A DNA stretch of 64,000 nt from Vicinamibacterales bacterium (lineage in GTDB: Bacteria > Acidobacteriota > Vicinamibacteria > Vicinamibacterales > UBA2999), in NCBI GenBank assembly GCA_035764385.1, contig DASTZI010000221.1, positions 482 through 64,481 on the forward strand, written 5' to 3'. Below the pieces are notes generated by a model. The model was not told the origin of the DNA and made no database searches. It saw only the letters and a program-made list of their open reading frames with translations. The position numbers and the translations under genes are program-made. Every line of letters begins with the position of its first letter. Position 1 is the stretch's first letter. Positions 1 through 8,483 of this stretch are shown one piece after another.

Positions 1-721
1 TCGCCTTCGGCACGCGCACGTTTTCGAACAACACCTCTCCATGTCCGTGCGGCGCATCGTCGTACCCAAACACGCTCAGCATGCGCGTGACCGTGATGCC
101 AGCGGTATCGCGTGGGACCAGGATCATCGATTGCTGCTTGTGACGGTCGGGATTGTGAGCGTCTGTCTTTCCCATGACGATCAGCAGTCTGCAACGCGGA
201 TCGCCGATCCCTGAAGTCCACCACTTCCGGCCGTTAATCACGTATTGGTCGCCGTCGCCACCGATCGATGCCTGAATGTTCGTCGCGTCCGACGAGGCGA
301 CGTCCGGCTCCGTCATCGCGAAAGCGGAACGGATCGTGCCCTCGAGCAGCGGCACGAGCCATTGCTTTCGTTGAGCGTCGGTGCCGTAGCGGACCAGTAC
401 CTCCATGTTGCCGGTGTCGGGAAACGAGCAGTTGAACACCTCGGGCGCGATGGGAGACCTTCCCATCAACTCACAGAGAGGCGCGTACTCGAGATTGGTG
501 AGTCCGGGGCCGTATTCACTTTCCGGCAGGAACAGGTTCCAGAGGCCTTCGCGCCTCGCGCGTGCCTTCAACTCCTCCATGACCGGAGGAATCGCCCAGC
601 GGGACGGACCGGATTCAAGTTGCGCGGCAAAGACAGTTTCGGCCGGCAGGACGTGCTCGTCCATGAATCGCTGCAGCTTCGCCAGCAGGTCCTTCGTCCG
701 CGCGCTGAGATCGAAATCCAT
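1..721 (-). CDS. Acyl-CoA dehydrogenase (ACAD10/11-like FadE family), N-terminal ~240 aa; 3' end runs off the left edge
   Basis: Not in the ORF track because it is open at the edge. Own reverse translation from ATG 721-719 gives [28 protein letters not shown]...[23 protein letters not shown]...[39 protein letters not shown] and KWWxSGxxDPRC are classic ACAD motifs. It supersedes the Arg-rich + ORF 245..739. Confidence 0.85.
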   Translation of the reverse strand, partial: MDFDLSARTKDLLAKLQRFMDEHVLPAETVFAAQLESGPSRWAIPPVMEELKARARREGLWNLFLPESEYGPGLTNLEYAPLCELMGRSPIAPEVFNCSFPDTGNMEVLVRYGTDAQRKQWLVPLLEGTIRSAFAMTEPDVASSDATNIQASIGGDGDQYVINGRKWWTSGIGDPRCRLLIVMGKTDAHNPDRHKQQSMILVPRDTAGITVTRMLSVFGYDDAPHGHGEVLFENVRVPKA

Positions 722-735
722 TTATCGCCTGATAC

Positions 736-2103
736 CTAGATATCCCAAATTCTTTCGCGATCGAAGAACGTGATCTCGCCGTCTTCGCTGACTTTCAACA
801 CGGGGCCAAACTTGCCGGCCGCCATTGCCGCGGTCGTTCGAGCGCCCTCGACAATGCCTCCTGTCTCGAGCTCCGACGGTGGATGCCGGAGTATCGCTCC
901 CGCCGCAAGGAGGCGTCCTTCACGGTCAACGACAATGGCACCATCGAGCGACGCAAGCGTCGAGAGCACACTCAAATCAAGGTCCGTGACTGTTCGGCCC
1001 TCGAGCAGATGAAGGACCTCCCGGCGCGATACGGTTCCCGAGCCAGGCAAGTCCGTCTGGAACGGTATGTCCAGCCGATCGGCAGGCGCGACGAGCTGCG
1101 GAACGGCTTCGGCAGGATCGCGAAGCACGGCGAAGAGCGCGCCTTCGCGCGCGTCGGCCAAATCGAGTGCGAGCTGGAACAGCCGCAGCGCCAGCGCCGC
1201 GTTGCCCACGGCATCTGCCCACAGCTCGTACTTCCCTTTGAGATCCAGCAGATGCCACGCGGCGCTGTGAAACGAAAACACCTCCGCCCCTTCAGCAAAG
1301 ACCTTGATATCCCGCGAGGGGCTGAGCACGACACACACGCTCCGCAGCGTGAGCGTGGCGCGCGCGTGCGCCTGGTAAGCGGTGGCGCCCGGCACATCCA
1401 GGAGTTCATCTGGACAGAGCTGGCGACCCCAGCGATCGATGTCAATGATGTCGAGCAGCCGCCCTTCCGCATTGGCGAGGAACACGGTCCGCACCCCGTC
1501 CGCCAGCCGATAGAAGCTTTTGATGGACGTCAACGCCTGCATATCTGAGGGCGGAGGTTTGTCGGCCGCGGACAGCTCGGGCCGACATGGGTCGTAATCA
1601 CCAGCGAGCAGGAGTATCCCCGTCGAAATCGGGCGATTCTCATATGTCGACAGCGCCGCCACGCGCAGCATCTCGATAATCGACGCGATGCGATCGACGG
1701 CGCCCTCGGCTCCGGCGTCGCTGTACGGCCGTTCGTCGAAGAAGGCGCCCACGTAACGGTCCTCGATCGGCCCGCGAAACAGTTCGCCGCGCTCGGCAGC
1801 GAGTTCAGGATTCAGAACCGCGCGATACCGGGCGCGGATGACCGCCACGATTGCCTGTGCCATGCGGATCTGGTGCGGCGTAAACGTGCCGCGGCCCGGC
1901 ATCCGCAGCAGGTAGCGAGTCCCGGCCCATGAAAGGCTCAGCGTCGATGGCTCGGTCGACGGTTCGATGATGAGCGGACGCTCGGAGGTCGCGGACTGGC
2001 GCGGCTCGACGGCGAGCGACGCGCGGCGGAAGAACTGCCGCAGCGCCGCCTGAAGGATGCCGTCGTAGAACGTGTTGAGCGCAAGTCCGGGTGGGGTCGA
2101 CAT
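736..2103 (-). CDS. Hypothetical protein with two tandem degenerate DisA_N/DAC (diadenylate-cyclase-like) domains
   Basis: 455-aa ORF. The C-terminal region (REGALFAVL...LDGAIVVDREGRLLAAGAIL...EGARTTAAMAAGKFGPVLKVSEDGEITFF) follows the DAC pattern GALIVI...DGAvIi..g.i.AA...GTRHRAA...vVSEEtG.is, but RHR is replaced by RTT. A second, weaker copy lies upstream (STGILLLAGD...DGVRTVFLANAEGRLLDI...AHARATL...VVLSPSRDIKVF). Confidence 0.8.
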   Translation of the reverse strand: MSTPPGLALNTFYDGILQAALRQFFRRASLAVEPRQSATSERPLIIEPSTEPSTLSLSWAGTRYLLRMPGRGTFTPHQIRMAQAIVAVIRARYRAVLNPELAAERGELFRGPIEDRYVGAFFDERPYSDAGAEGAVDRIASIIEMLRVAALSTYENRPISTGILLLAGDYDPCRPELSAADKPPPSDMQALTSIKSFYRLADGVRTVFLANAEGRLLDIIDIDRWGRQLCPDELLDVPGATAYQAHARATLTLRSVCVVLSPSRDIKVFAEGAEVFSFHSAAWHLLDLKGKYELWADAVGNAALALRLFQLALDLADAREGALFAVLRDPAEAVPQLVAPADRLDIPFQTDLPGSGTVSRREVLHLLEGRTVTDLDLSVLSTLASLDGAIVVDREGRLLAAGAILRHPPSELETGGIVEGARTTAAMAAGKFGPVLKVSEDGEITFFDRERIWDI

Positions 2104-4688
2104 ATGAGGCTCAGGGCTCAGGGCTCGTCTTGAGCCATCATAATTCGACCGTGCAGCGCGAGACGCTGATCGACTTCTTTCGCGACCTCGTCACCATCCG
2201 CGGCGAATTCCTCGTCTACGACGATGGCTATCGCGTCCGCGGACATACGTACGAGGAGGTCGGACGCGCGGCGCGTGGATTTGCCCTCCGCCTAGCAGCC
2301 GCTGGACTGAAAAAGGGAGACAAGGTCGTCTTCTGGGGCGAGAACCGCCCTGAATGGATCGTCTGTTACTGGGGCTGTCTGATTGCCGGCGTCATCGTCG
2401 TTCCAATCGATTACCGATCGTCTGCTGAATTTGTCGGTAAGGTGCGGGGGCTGGTTGAGGCCGGGATCGTCGTGGTTGGCGAAGACGTGAATGAAACCGG
2501 GTTTGCCCGCGAGCGATCGGATCGAAATGGCGTTACCGTCTGGCGCTTTGGCGACATCGATTGGCGTGCGGATGGCCCGATGCCGGAGGTCGCGATTTCA
2601 CGTGACGACATCATCCAGATCATTTTCACGTCGGGCGCGACTGCGGAACCGAAGGGCGTCGTCATCCGACATCGGAACGTGCTCGCGAATATCGTCCCTG
2701 TCGAGCGCGAGATCATCAAATACCGCCAATACACGCGCCTGTTTCATCCGCTGCGATTCCTGAACCTGCTGCCGCTCAGCCACATGTTTGGACAGTCGAT
2801 GGCCACCAACATCCCACCGATGGTGCGTGGGACGGTCATCTTCACGCGCAGCTTCAATCCGCATGACATCCTGCGGCTGATCAAAACGCGCCGAGTCTCG
2901 GTGCTGGTCTGCGTGCCGAAGATTCTCGATGTGCTGCGCGAGCACGCGATTCGCGCCTGGCCCGAATCGAATCAGGCGCCGCCCTCGGGTATTTCCATCC
3001 CGGGGCGATGGTGGCGATACCGTCGCATCCATGCCGCCTTTGGTCTGAAGTTCTGGGCCTTCGTCGTCGGCGCTGCCCCGCTGCCGCCCGACGTCGAGGA
3101 GTTCTGGCGCCGCATGGGACTTGCCGTGATCCAGGGCTATGGACTGACGGAAACTGCGCCGATCGTCACGCTGAATCATCCGTTCAGGACAAGCAAGGGA
3201 TCGGTTGGCACCCCAATCGGTGGCGTTGAAGTCCGCATCGCGGACGACGGCGAGATTCTTGTTCGCGGCGAGAACGTGACGAGCGGCTATTACAAGGCTC
3301 CCGGCTCCGGACTACAGGCTCCGGAGTCGGACGCCCGAAGCCCGGAGCCGGTCTTTGATGCCGAGGGCTGGTTTCACACCGGCGACATCGGCGAACGAGA
3401 CGAGCAGGGGCGCATTTTCATCAAGGGCCGCAAGAAGGAAATGATCGTCACGCCCGACGGACTGAACGTCTTTCCCGAGGACGTCGAGCGGGTGCTGAAC
3501 GAGCTGCCAGGCGTACGCGAGTCCGCGGTCGTCGGCGTGACGCAGGGCGCCGAAGAGCGCGTCCACGCGGTGATGGTGCTCGATCCCGGTGCAGATAAAG
3601 ACGCGATACTGCGTACGGCGAACAGCCGCCTGCAGGATCACCAGCGCATTCGTTCCGCCTCTGTCTGGAACGCGGGGTCTCTCCCGCGCACCGAAGGGAC
3701 GCGGAAGTTGAAACGGGCGGCAATCCGTGAATGGGTGCAGGCGGGTGAAAAGCCGGTGACGGTCGCGGGCGGCGACAGCCTTGAATCGCTGATCGCGCGG
3801 TTCGCGCATGGCCGCGACATCACCGGGACAACGACGCTGGAGGAGCTCGGCCTCAGCTCGCTCGAGCGCGTCGAGTTGATGATTGCGCTCGAGGATCGGT
3901 TTCAGACCAGGCTCGACGAAGGGCGGTTCTCACAAGCGGCTCGCGTCGCCGATCTGAAAGACCTCGTCGAGCAGCCGGGTGCGATCGAGGAGGTCACTGA
4001 ACCCGTCGATTTCCCGTCGTGGAATCGCACGTGGCCCGTGCGCATCATCCGGCACCTGGCTCAGGCCACCTGGATCCTGCCGCTCGCTCGCGCCTTCGCC
4101 TGGACCCGAATCGAAGGACGTGAACATCTGCGGGAGCTCGACGGACCCGTGATCTTCGCCGCGAACCATCAGAGCCACATGGACGTCCCGGTCATACTGG
4201 CGGCGCTGCCGGCGCGCATTCGCGCAAACGTCGCACCGGCGATGGCAAAGGAATTCTTCAAGGCGCACTTCTTTCCGGAGGGGCACACCTGGACGCAGTG
4301 GTTTACCAATACTGTGAACTACTATCTGGCTGCGTTCTACTTCAACGCCTTCCCTCTTCCGCAGCGCGAAGCCGGGGCGCGACAGACGCTCACCTACGTG
4401 GGCGAAATGGTCGGCGATGGCTGGTCGATTCTGATTTTTCCAGAGGGTGAGCGCTCGGCAACCGGGGACATCAAACCGTTCCGAGGTGGAATCGGGATGA
4501 TGGCGTCACGTCTCGATGTGCCTGTCGTACCCGTACGGCTGGATGGCGTCGACCGCGTACTGCACATGAAGTGGAAAATGGCGAAGCCTGGTCACGTCCG
4601 AGTGGCGTTTGGGGCCCCGATGCGCTTGCGCGGAGAAGACTACGCGGCGCTCGCCGCAGAGGTAGAACGTCGCGTTAAGTCACTGTAA
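2091..4688 (+). CDS. Tri-domain lipid enzyme: fatty acyl-AMP/CoA ligase + carrier (phosphopantetheine-binding) domain + PlsC/LPLAT acyltransferase
   Basis: Ligase core motifs IIFTSGATAEPKGVVIRHRN and TGDIGERDEQGRIFIKGRKKEMI. Carrier-domain Ser motif LEELGLSSLERVELMIALEDRF. LPLAT motifs ANHQSHMDVPV (HX4D) and FPEGERS. The start is uncertain: GTG 2091 overlaps the divergent gene, while TTG 2130 or GTG 2151 lie just after the heptad repeat. Confidence 0.85.
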   Translation: MGSTYEAQGSGLVLSHHNSTVQRETLIDFFRDLVTIRGEFLVYDDGYRVRGHTYEEVGRAARGFALRLAAAGLKKGDKVVFWGENRPEWIVCYWGCLIAGVIVVPIDYRSSAEFVGKVRGLVEAGIVVVGEDVNETGFARERSDRNGVTVWRFGDIDWRADGPMPEVAISRDDIIQIIFTSGATAEPKGVVIRHRNVLANIVPVEREIIKYRQYTRLFHPLRFLNLLPLSHMFGQSMATNIPPMVRGTVIFTRSFNPHDILRLIKTRRVSVLVCVPKILDVLREHAIRAWPESNQAPPSGISIPGRWWRYRRIHAAFGLKFWAFVVGAAPLPPDVEEFWRRMGLAVIQGYGLTETAPIVTLNHPFRTSKGSVGTPIGGVEVRIADDGEILVRGENVTSGYYKAPGSGLQAPESDARSPEPVFDAEGWFHTGDIGERDEQGRIFIKGRKKEMIVTPDGLNVFPEDVERVLNELPGVRESAVVGVTQGAEERVHAVMVLDPGADKDAILRTANSRLQDHQRIRSASVWNAGSLPRTEGTRKLKRAAIREWVQAGEKPVTVAGGDSLESLIARFAHGRDITGTTTLEELGLSSLERVELMIALEDRFQTRLDEGRFSQAARVADLKDLVEQPGAIEEVTEPVDFPSWNRTWPVRIIRHLAQATWILPLARAFAWTRIEGREHLRELDGPVIFAANHQSHMDVPVILAALPARIRANVAPAMAKEFFKAHFFPEGHTWTQWFTNTVNYYLAAFYFNAFPLPQREAGARQTLTYVGEMVGDGWSILIFPEGERSATGDIKPFRGGIGMMASRLDVPVVPVRLDGVDRVLHMKWKMAKPGHVRVAFGAPMRLRGEDYAALAAEVERRVKSL
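2108..2128. repeat. Heptanucleotide tandem repeat GGCTCAG GGCTCAG GGCTCGT in a divergent intergenic region
   Basis: Read directly: catatga ggctcag ggctcag ggctcgt cttgag. It lies between the start of the minus gene (2103) and the plausible starts of the plus gene (2130/2151). Confidence 0.8.
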
Positions 4689-4741
4689 CGACAAAAGTTC
4701 TTTCGAGGTTGCGCCTGTCGTACGACGTGTGGCACACTCGT

Positions 4742-4750
4742 TGCTAGAAT
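4742..4750 (+). promoter_or_regulatory. Candidate extended -10 promoter element TGcTAGAAT upstream of infA
   Basis: An AT-rich TAGAAT preceded by TGn stands out in a GC-rich intergenic region, 20 nt upstream of the infA TTG start. AAAGGA (4757-4762) is a plausible SD. There is no convincing -35. It overlaps a sigma-54-like TGGCAC-N5-TTGCT match (4730-4745). Confidence 0.3.
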
Positions 4751-4769
4751 TGCGTGAAAGGATGAGCTG

Positions 4770-4988
4770 TTGAGCAAAGACGATCTAATCGATATGCAGG
4801 GAACCGTAGTGGCGGTGCACTCCGGTGGGCTGTATCGCGTGCAATGCGATGCCGGCCACGAGGTGCTCGCTCAGCTGAGCGGCCGGATGCGGCGCTTCCG
4901 TATCAAGGTCGTCCCCGGTGACCGCGTAACGGTTGGCGTCTCTCCCTACGATCCAGTGCGCGGCATCATCACGTTCCGCGCACGATAG
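4770..4988 (+). CDS. infA: Translation initiation factor IF-1
   Basis: The 72-aa product MSKDDLIDMQGTVV...LSGRMRRFRIKVVPGDRVTVGVSPYDPVRGIITFRAR aligns along its whole length with the IF-1 S1-fold (E. coli MAKEDNIEMQGTVL...[35 protein letters not shown]). TTG start. Confidence 0.95.
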   Translation: MSKDDLIDMQGTVVAVHSGGLYRVQCDAGHEVLAQLSGRMRRFRIKVVPGDRVTVGVSPYDPVRGIITFRAR

Positions 4989-4994
4989 TTACTG

Positions 4995-6254
4995 GTGACA
5001 CTTCATACCAACGCCCCAACATCGAAGCGCAGGGGCCGCCGCCCTGGCCCGAATCGTTCACGACGCCGCAAGGGTGCTCACAAGCCGGTTCATGTCACGC
5101 CCGAGCCGCCGGTGCTGGCATACGAGGCGGAGGCGTTTGACCCTGCGCCGATTGCCTTCGATAGTCTGAATCTCGACGCCCGGCTGCTCCACGGCATCCG
5201 CGATCTCGGCTGGGGAGAAACCCGCCCCGTCCAAAGCGGCGTGATCCCGCTGGCGCTAGCCGGCGACGACGTGATCGCGTGCGCCGAGACCGGCACCGGC
5301 AAGACCGCCGCATTCCTCGTCCCGATTCTTCAGCGGTTCCTCCGCGAAGGACCGACGCGGACCCCCGCGACACGTGCCTTGATTCTCGCGCCGACTCGCG
5401 AGCTGGCGGTGCAGATCGAGGATCAAGTTCAAGGCCTTACGTACCACACGACGGTGTCGAGCGTCGCCGTCTTCGGCGGAGTCCCGATGACGCAGCAGGA
5501 GCAGGCGCTGAAAGCGAACGTCGATATCGTCGTCGCGACGCCAGGACGGCTCATGGACCACATGCGGCATAACGCGGTGAGCTTCGAGTCGCTCGAGGTG
5601 CTCGTGCTCGACGAAGCCGACCGCATGCTGGACATGGGCTTCTGGCCGGACGTGCAGCGCATCCTCGCCGCGCTGCCGGCGAAGCGGCAGACGCTGCTGT
5701 TCTCGGCGACGATGCCGGCCGAGGTGCTGAAGCTGACGAAGGAGTTCCTGCACCATCCAAAATACGTGCAGGTTGGCAGACGCGGCGGTCCCGCGCAGAC
5801 AATCACTCACGCGGTCCAGACCGTGCCGGCAAGCGAGAAGGTGCAATGGCTCGCGCGATGGCTGCGGCAGGAAGCGACTGGGCCGGTGCTGGTATTCTGC
5901 CGAACGAAGATTGGCGCGGATCGAGTTGCGTCGCGCCTGAGCGGTATGGGCATCCGCACCGTGGCGCTGCATGCGGATCGCACGCAACAGCAGCGGATGG
6001 CTGCTGTCGAAGGGTTTCGGACCGGGACCTACCCGGTGATGGTCGCCACCGATGTCGCCGCACGTGGCCTCGACATCGATGGCATCGCGCACGTCGTGAA
6101 TTTCGAAGTGCCTGACACGCCCGAAGCCTATGTCCACCGCGTCGGCCGTACCGGCCGCGCCGAGTCAACCGGGAGCGCGCTCACGTTGGCCGCCCCTGAA
6201 GAATTGCGCGCGCTCCGCGCGCTGGAGAAAGCCGTTGGCGTCCAACTTCAATAA
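4995..6254 (+). CDS. DEAD-box ATP-dependent RNA helicase (RhlE-like) with basic N-terminal extension
   Basis: Motifs AETGTGKTAAF (I), PTRELA (Ia), VLDEADRM (DEAD), SAT (III) and HRVGRTGRA (VI). The N-terminus is Arg/Lys-rich (KRRGRRPGPNRSRRRKG). Confidence 0.95.
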   Translation: MTLHTNAPTSKRRGRRPGPNRSRRRKGAHKPVHVTPEPPVLAYEAEAFDPAPIAFDSLNLDARLLHGIRDLGWGETRPVQSGVIPLALAGDDVIACAETGTGKTAAFLVPILQRFLREGPTRTPATRALILAPTRELAVQIEDQVQGLTYHTTVSSVAVFGGVPMTQQEQALKANVDIVVATPGRLMDHMRHNAVSFESLEVLVLDEADRMLDMGFWPDVQRILAALPAKRQTLLFSATMPAEVLKLTKEFLHHPKYVQVGRRGGPAQTITHAVQTVPASEKVQWLARWLRQEATGPVLVFCRTKIGADRVASRLSGMGIRTVALHADRTQQQRMAAVEGFRTGTYPVMVATDVAARGLDIDGIAHVVNFEVPDTPEAYVHRVGRTGRAESTGSALTLAAPEELRALRALEKAVGVQLQ

Positions 6255-6291
6255 CGACGCGCTCGTTGGCGGCACGGCCGACGATCACACC

Positions 6292-6570
6292 GTGTCGCCC
6301 GTGGAACCCGCGGAACCTGCACCGGTCAAACCGGGCGAGGGACCAGTCACGTCAGATCGCCCCGAATCGGCCGCATTCGTGCGCTTCCGGTCGTGCCGAT
6401 GGATGCAGCCGGCGGAGAACGGAAATCAGGAGTTCTGCACGCATCGCGAGGTGAAGCCGTACGCGGGAACCCAGGGATTCGATGCCGACGCATGGTGCCC
6501 CGAGTGTCAGTACTACAAGCTGCGACGCGCGCCGAAGAAGCGCAATCCGACAGACGATTACACGTATTAG
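6292..6570 (+). CDS. Small Cys-rich hypothetical protein (possible zinc ribbon); start uncertain
   Basis: This is the tail of track ORF 6130..6570 lying beyond the helicase stop. Sequence ...SCRWMQPAENGNQEFCTHREVKPYAGTQGFDADAWCPECQYYKLRRAPKKRNP. Codon usage looks coding. Candidate starts are GTG 6292 or ATG 6402. No recognisable family. Confidence 0.35.
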   Translation: MSPVEPAEPAPVKPGEGPVTSDRPESAAFVRFRSCRWMQPAENGNQEFCTHREVKPYAGTQGFDADAWCPECQYYKLRRAPKKRNPTDDYTY

Positions 6571-7379
6571 TCGGAAAATTCCCGCGCCAGCTCCACCCAC
6601 TCTCCGTTCGGCGCAAGCTGCTGATAGGCCTTCCAATGCATGCGCGCGTCCTGTGACTGGCCGTTCTTTTCGAGGGTGACGGCCAGATAAAAATGCGCGT
6701 CGGCGTAGGTCGGGTTCAGTTTCAGCGCATCCCGATAGCACGCCTGCGCTTCGCGGTAGCGCCCAAGATCGTGAAAGATGTTGCCGAGATTGAAGTGGGC
6801 TTCGAAGACGTCGGCCTCGAGCGCTATGGCGCGTTCGTAGAGCGCCTGCGCCTCCGCGATCTCATCGCGTGAGTAGTGGATGTTGGCCAGATTGATCAGG
6901 GCGGGAACGAGGTAGGGGTCGATTTCGAGCGCGCGTCGGTAGGCGGTCGCTGCCTCGTCGAAATTCTCCGGGTTCTCATCGTCGAGAATGGACGCGGCGG
7001 CGAAATACTGCGCGGCGGACGATTCTTCGACGACGGGAGCGGGGCCCATCAGCGCGGCCATCGGCGGCGGCTCACGCCGTTTCAGCTGGAGCACCTTCGC
7101 GTGCTGCGCATCGAGGCGGAAATCAAAAGTCAGTTGCCCGTTCCGGGACGCCAGCAGGTTGCGCAGCACCGAGCGGAACTTCGCACCTCCGGCGACCGCT
7201 TCGTCGGCCTGGCGAACGATCGAGACGTCCGCAAATGAAAAGAAGGAATCGCCGTGCGGCCGATGGAAGGGACGGATCAGTCCCCACTTCTGCATGTAGC
7301 GCAGATGATCCTCGCGTACGTGCTTGTAGCGCTCGAGGAGCTGACGCTTGGAGATGTGAGCCGACTCCGGCGACGGCAC
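6567..7379 (-). CDS. TPR-repeat protein with N-terminal HTH-like region
   Basis: The C-terminal half has 4-5 TPR units (AYRRALEIDPYLVPALINLANIHY, EAQALYERAIALEADVFEAHFNLGNIF, EAQACYRDALKLNPTYADAHFYLAVTL). The N-terminus ISKRQLLERYKHVREDHLRYMQKWGLIRP resembles a MerR-type HTH. Confidence 0.85.
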   Translation of the reverse strand: MPSPESAHISKRQLLERYKHVREDHLRYMQKWGLIRPFHRPHGDSFFSFADVSIVRQADEAVAGGAKFRSVLRNLLASRNGQLTFDFRLDAQHAKVLQLKRREPPPMAALMGPAPVVEESSAAQYFAAASILDDENPENFDEAATAYRRALEIDPYLVPALINLANIHYSRDEIAEAQALYERAIALEADVFEAHFNLGNIFHDLGRYREAQACYRDALKLNPTYADAHFYLAVTLEKNGQSQDARMHWKAYQQLAPNGEWVELAREFSD

Positions 7380-7490
7380 GCGCGTTCACTATAATCTAGT
7401 GGTGAGTCCTTCCGACCCTTCGACCGGCCGTTCCGTTGTCGCGGCCGGCAGATGCGTGGTCTTCGGCTCGTGTGATTCCAGCTCCCGCAG

Positions 7491-8483
7491 TTGAAACGGA
7501 CCACTGGAATGATCTTGGCTGGCGATCTTGGAGGCACCAAGACGCTGCTCGGTCTCTTCGAACGCGCTGACCCGCGGCCGCAGCCGGTCATCGCGCGCGG
7601 ATATCCGACTCAGGAGTTCGACAGTTTCACCGCGATTCTCGACGTGTTCGCACGTGATGTCGGCACACCGCTCGCGATCGAAGCCGCCGCCGTCGGCGTT
7701 GCCGGACCGATCGTCGATCAGCACGCACGCCTGACGAACATCCTGTGGGATGTCAGCGCGACGCAAATTGGCAATCACCTGCACGTGCGCGGCGTCGCGC
7801 TCCTCAACGATCTCGAAGCGATGGCCACAAGCGTCGCCCTGCTCAACGGCGACGAACTTGTGCCGCTGCAGCGAGGCGACCCGAACCCGAGCGGCAACGC
7901 GGCGGTCATCGCGGCAGGAACGGGACTCGGACAGGCATATCTGCACCGTGTGAATGGGCGTCTACTGCCGGTGCCATCAGAGGCCGGGCATGCCGATTTT
8001 GCGGCTCGCACCGATCGTGAATTCGAGCTCGTGCGAATGCTCCGCGATCTCTATGGGCGTGCAGAAGTCGAGCAGGTGCTCAGTGGTCCGGGGCTGGTGA
8101 ACATTCATCGGTTGACGCACGCGGGACGCTCGTGCGCGTCTGTCGATGGGGTCGCACCCGCGGAACAGCCTGCTGCCATTTCGGAAGCCGCGCTGTCGCA
8201 GCAGTGCAGCGGTTGCGTCGAGGCCCTCGAGATGTTCGTCGAGGCATATGGTGCCGAGGCCGGAAATCTCGCGCTTCGCGGGGTGGCCACTGCCGGCGTC
8301 TACATTGGCGGCGGCATTGCGCCGAAGATTCTCTCCGCGCTTCAGAACGGGCGGTTCATCCGGGCATTCCGCGCCAAAGCTCCGATGGCGGATCTCGTCG
8401 CCGCGATGCCTGTCAGCGTCATCGTCAAACAGGACGCTGGCCTGCTGGGAGCAGCGATCGCCGCACAGCAGCTCATTCCCTAA
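7491..8483 (+). CDS. glk: Glucokinase (Glk family)
   Basis: LAGDLGGTKT (ATP-binding), LLNDLEAMA, AAGTGLGQA, SEAGHADFA, LSGPGLVNI, AGNLALRGVATAGVYIGGGIAPKI and GLLGAA together match the Glk family pattern. An alternative start is ATG 7509. Confidence 0.9.
   Translation: MKRTTGMILAGDLGGTKTLLGLFERADPRPQPVIARGYPTQEFDSFTAILDVFARDVGTPLAIEAAAVGVAGPIVDQHARLTNILWDVSATQIGNHLHVRGVALLNDLEAMATSVALLNGDELVPLQRGDPNPSGNAAVIAAGTGLGQAYLHRVNGRLLPVPSEAGHADFAARTDREFELVRMLRDLYGRAEVEQVLSGPGLVNIHRLTHAGRSCASVDGVAPAEQPAAISEAALSQQCSGCVEALEMFVEAYGAEAGNLALRGVATAGVYIGGGIAPKILSALQNGRFIRAFRAKAPMADLVAAMPVSVIVKQDAGLLGAAIAAQQLIP

Noticed and set aside
245-773. Plus-strand track ORFs 245..739 and 405..773
   Set aside because: They are Arg/Pro/Ser-rich with no recognisable motif. 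The opposite strand encodes a textbook acyl-CoA dehydrogenase N-terminus through the same bases.
7390-7395. Perfect TATAAT hexamer in the TPR/glk divergent intergenic region
   Set aside because: There is no acceptable -35 or TG extension at the right spacing, and it lies about 96 nt from the glk start. It is plausible, but not supportable as a called promoter.
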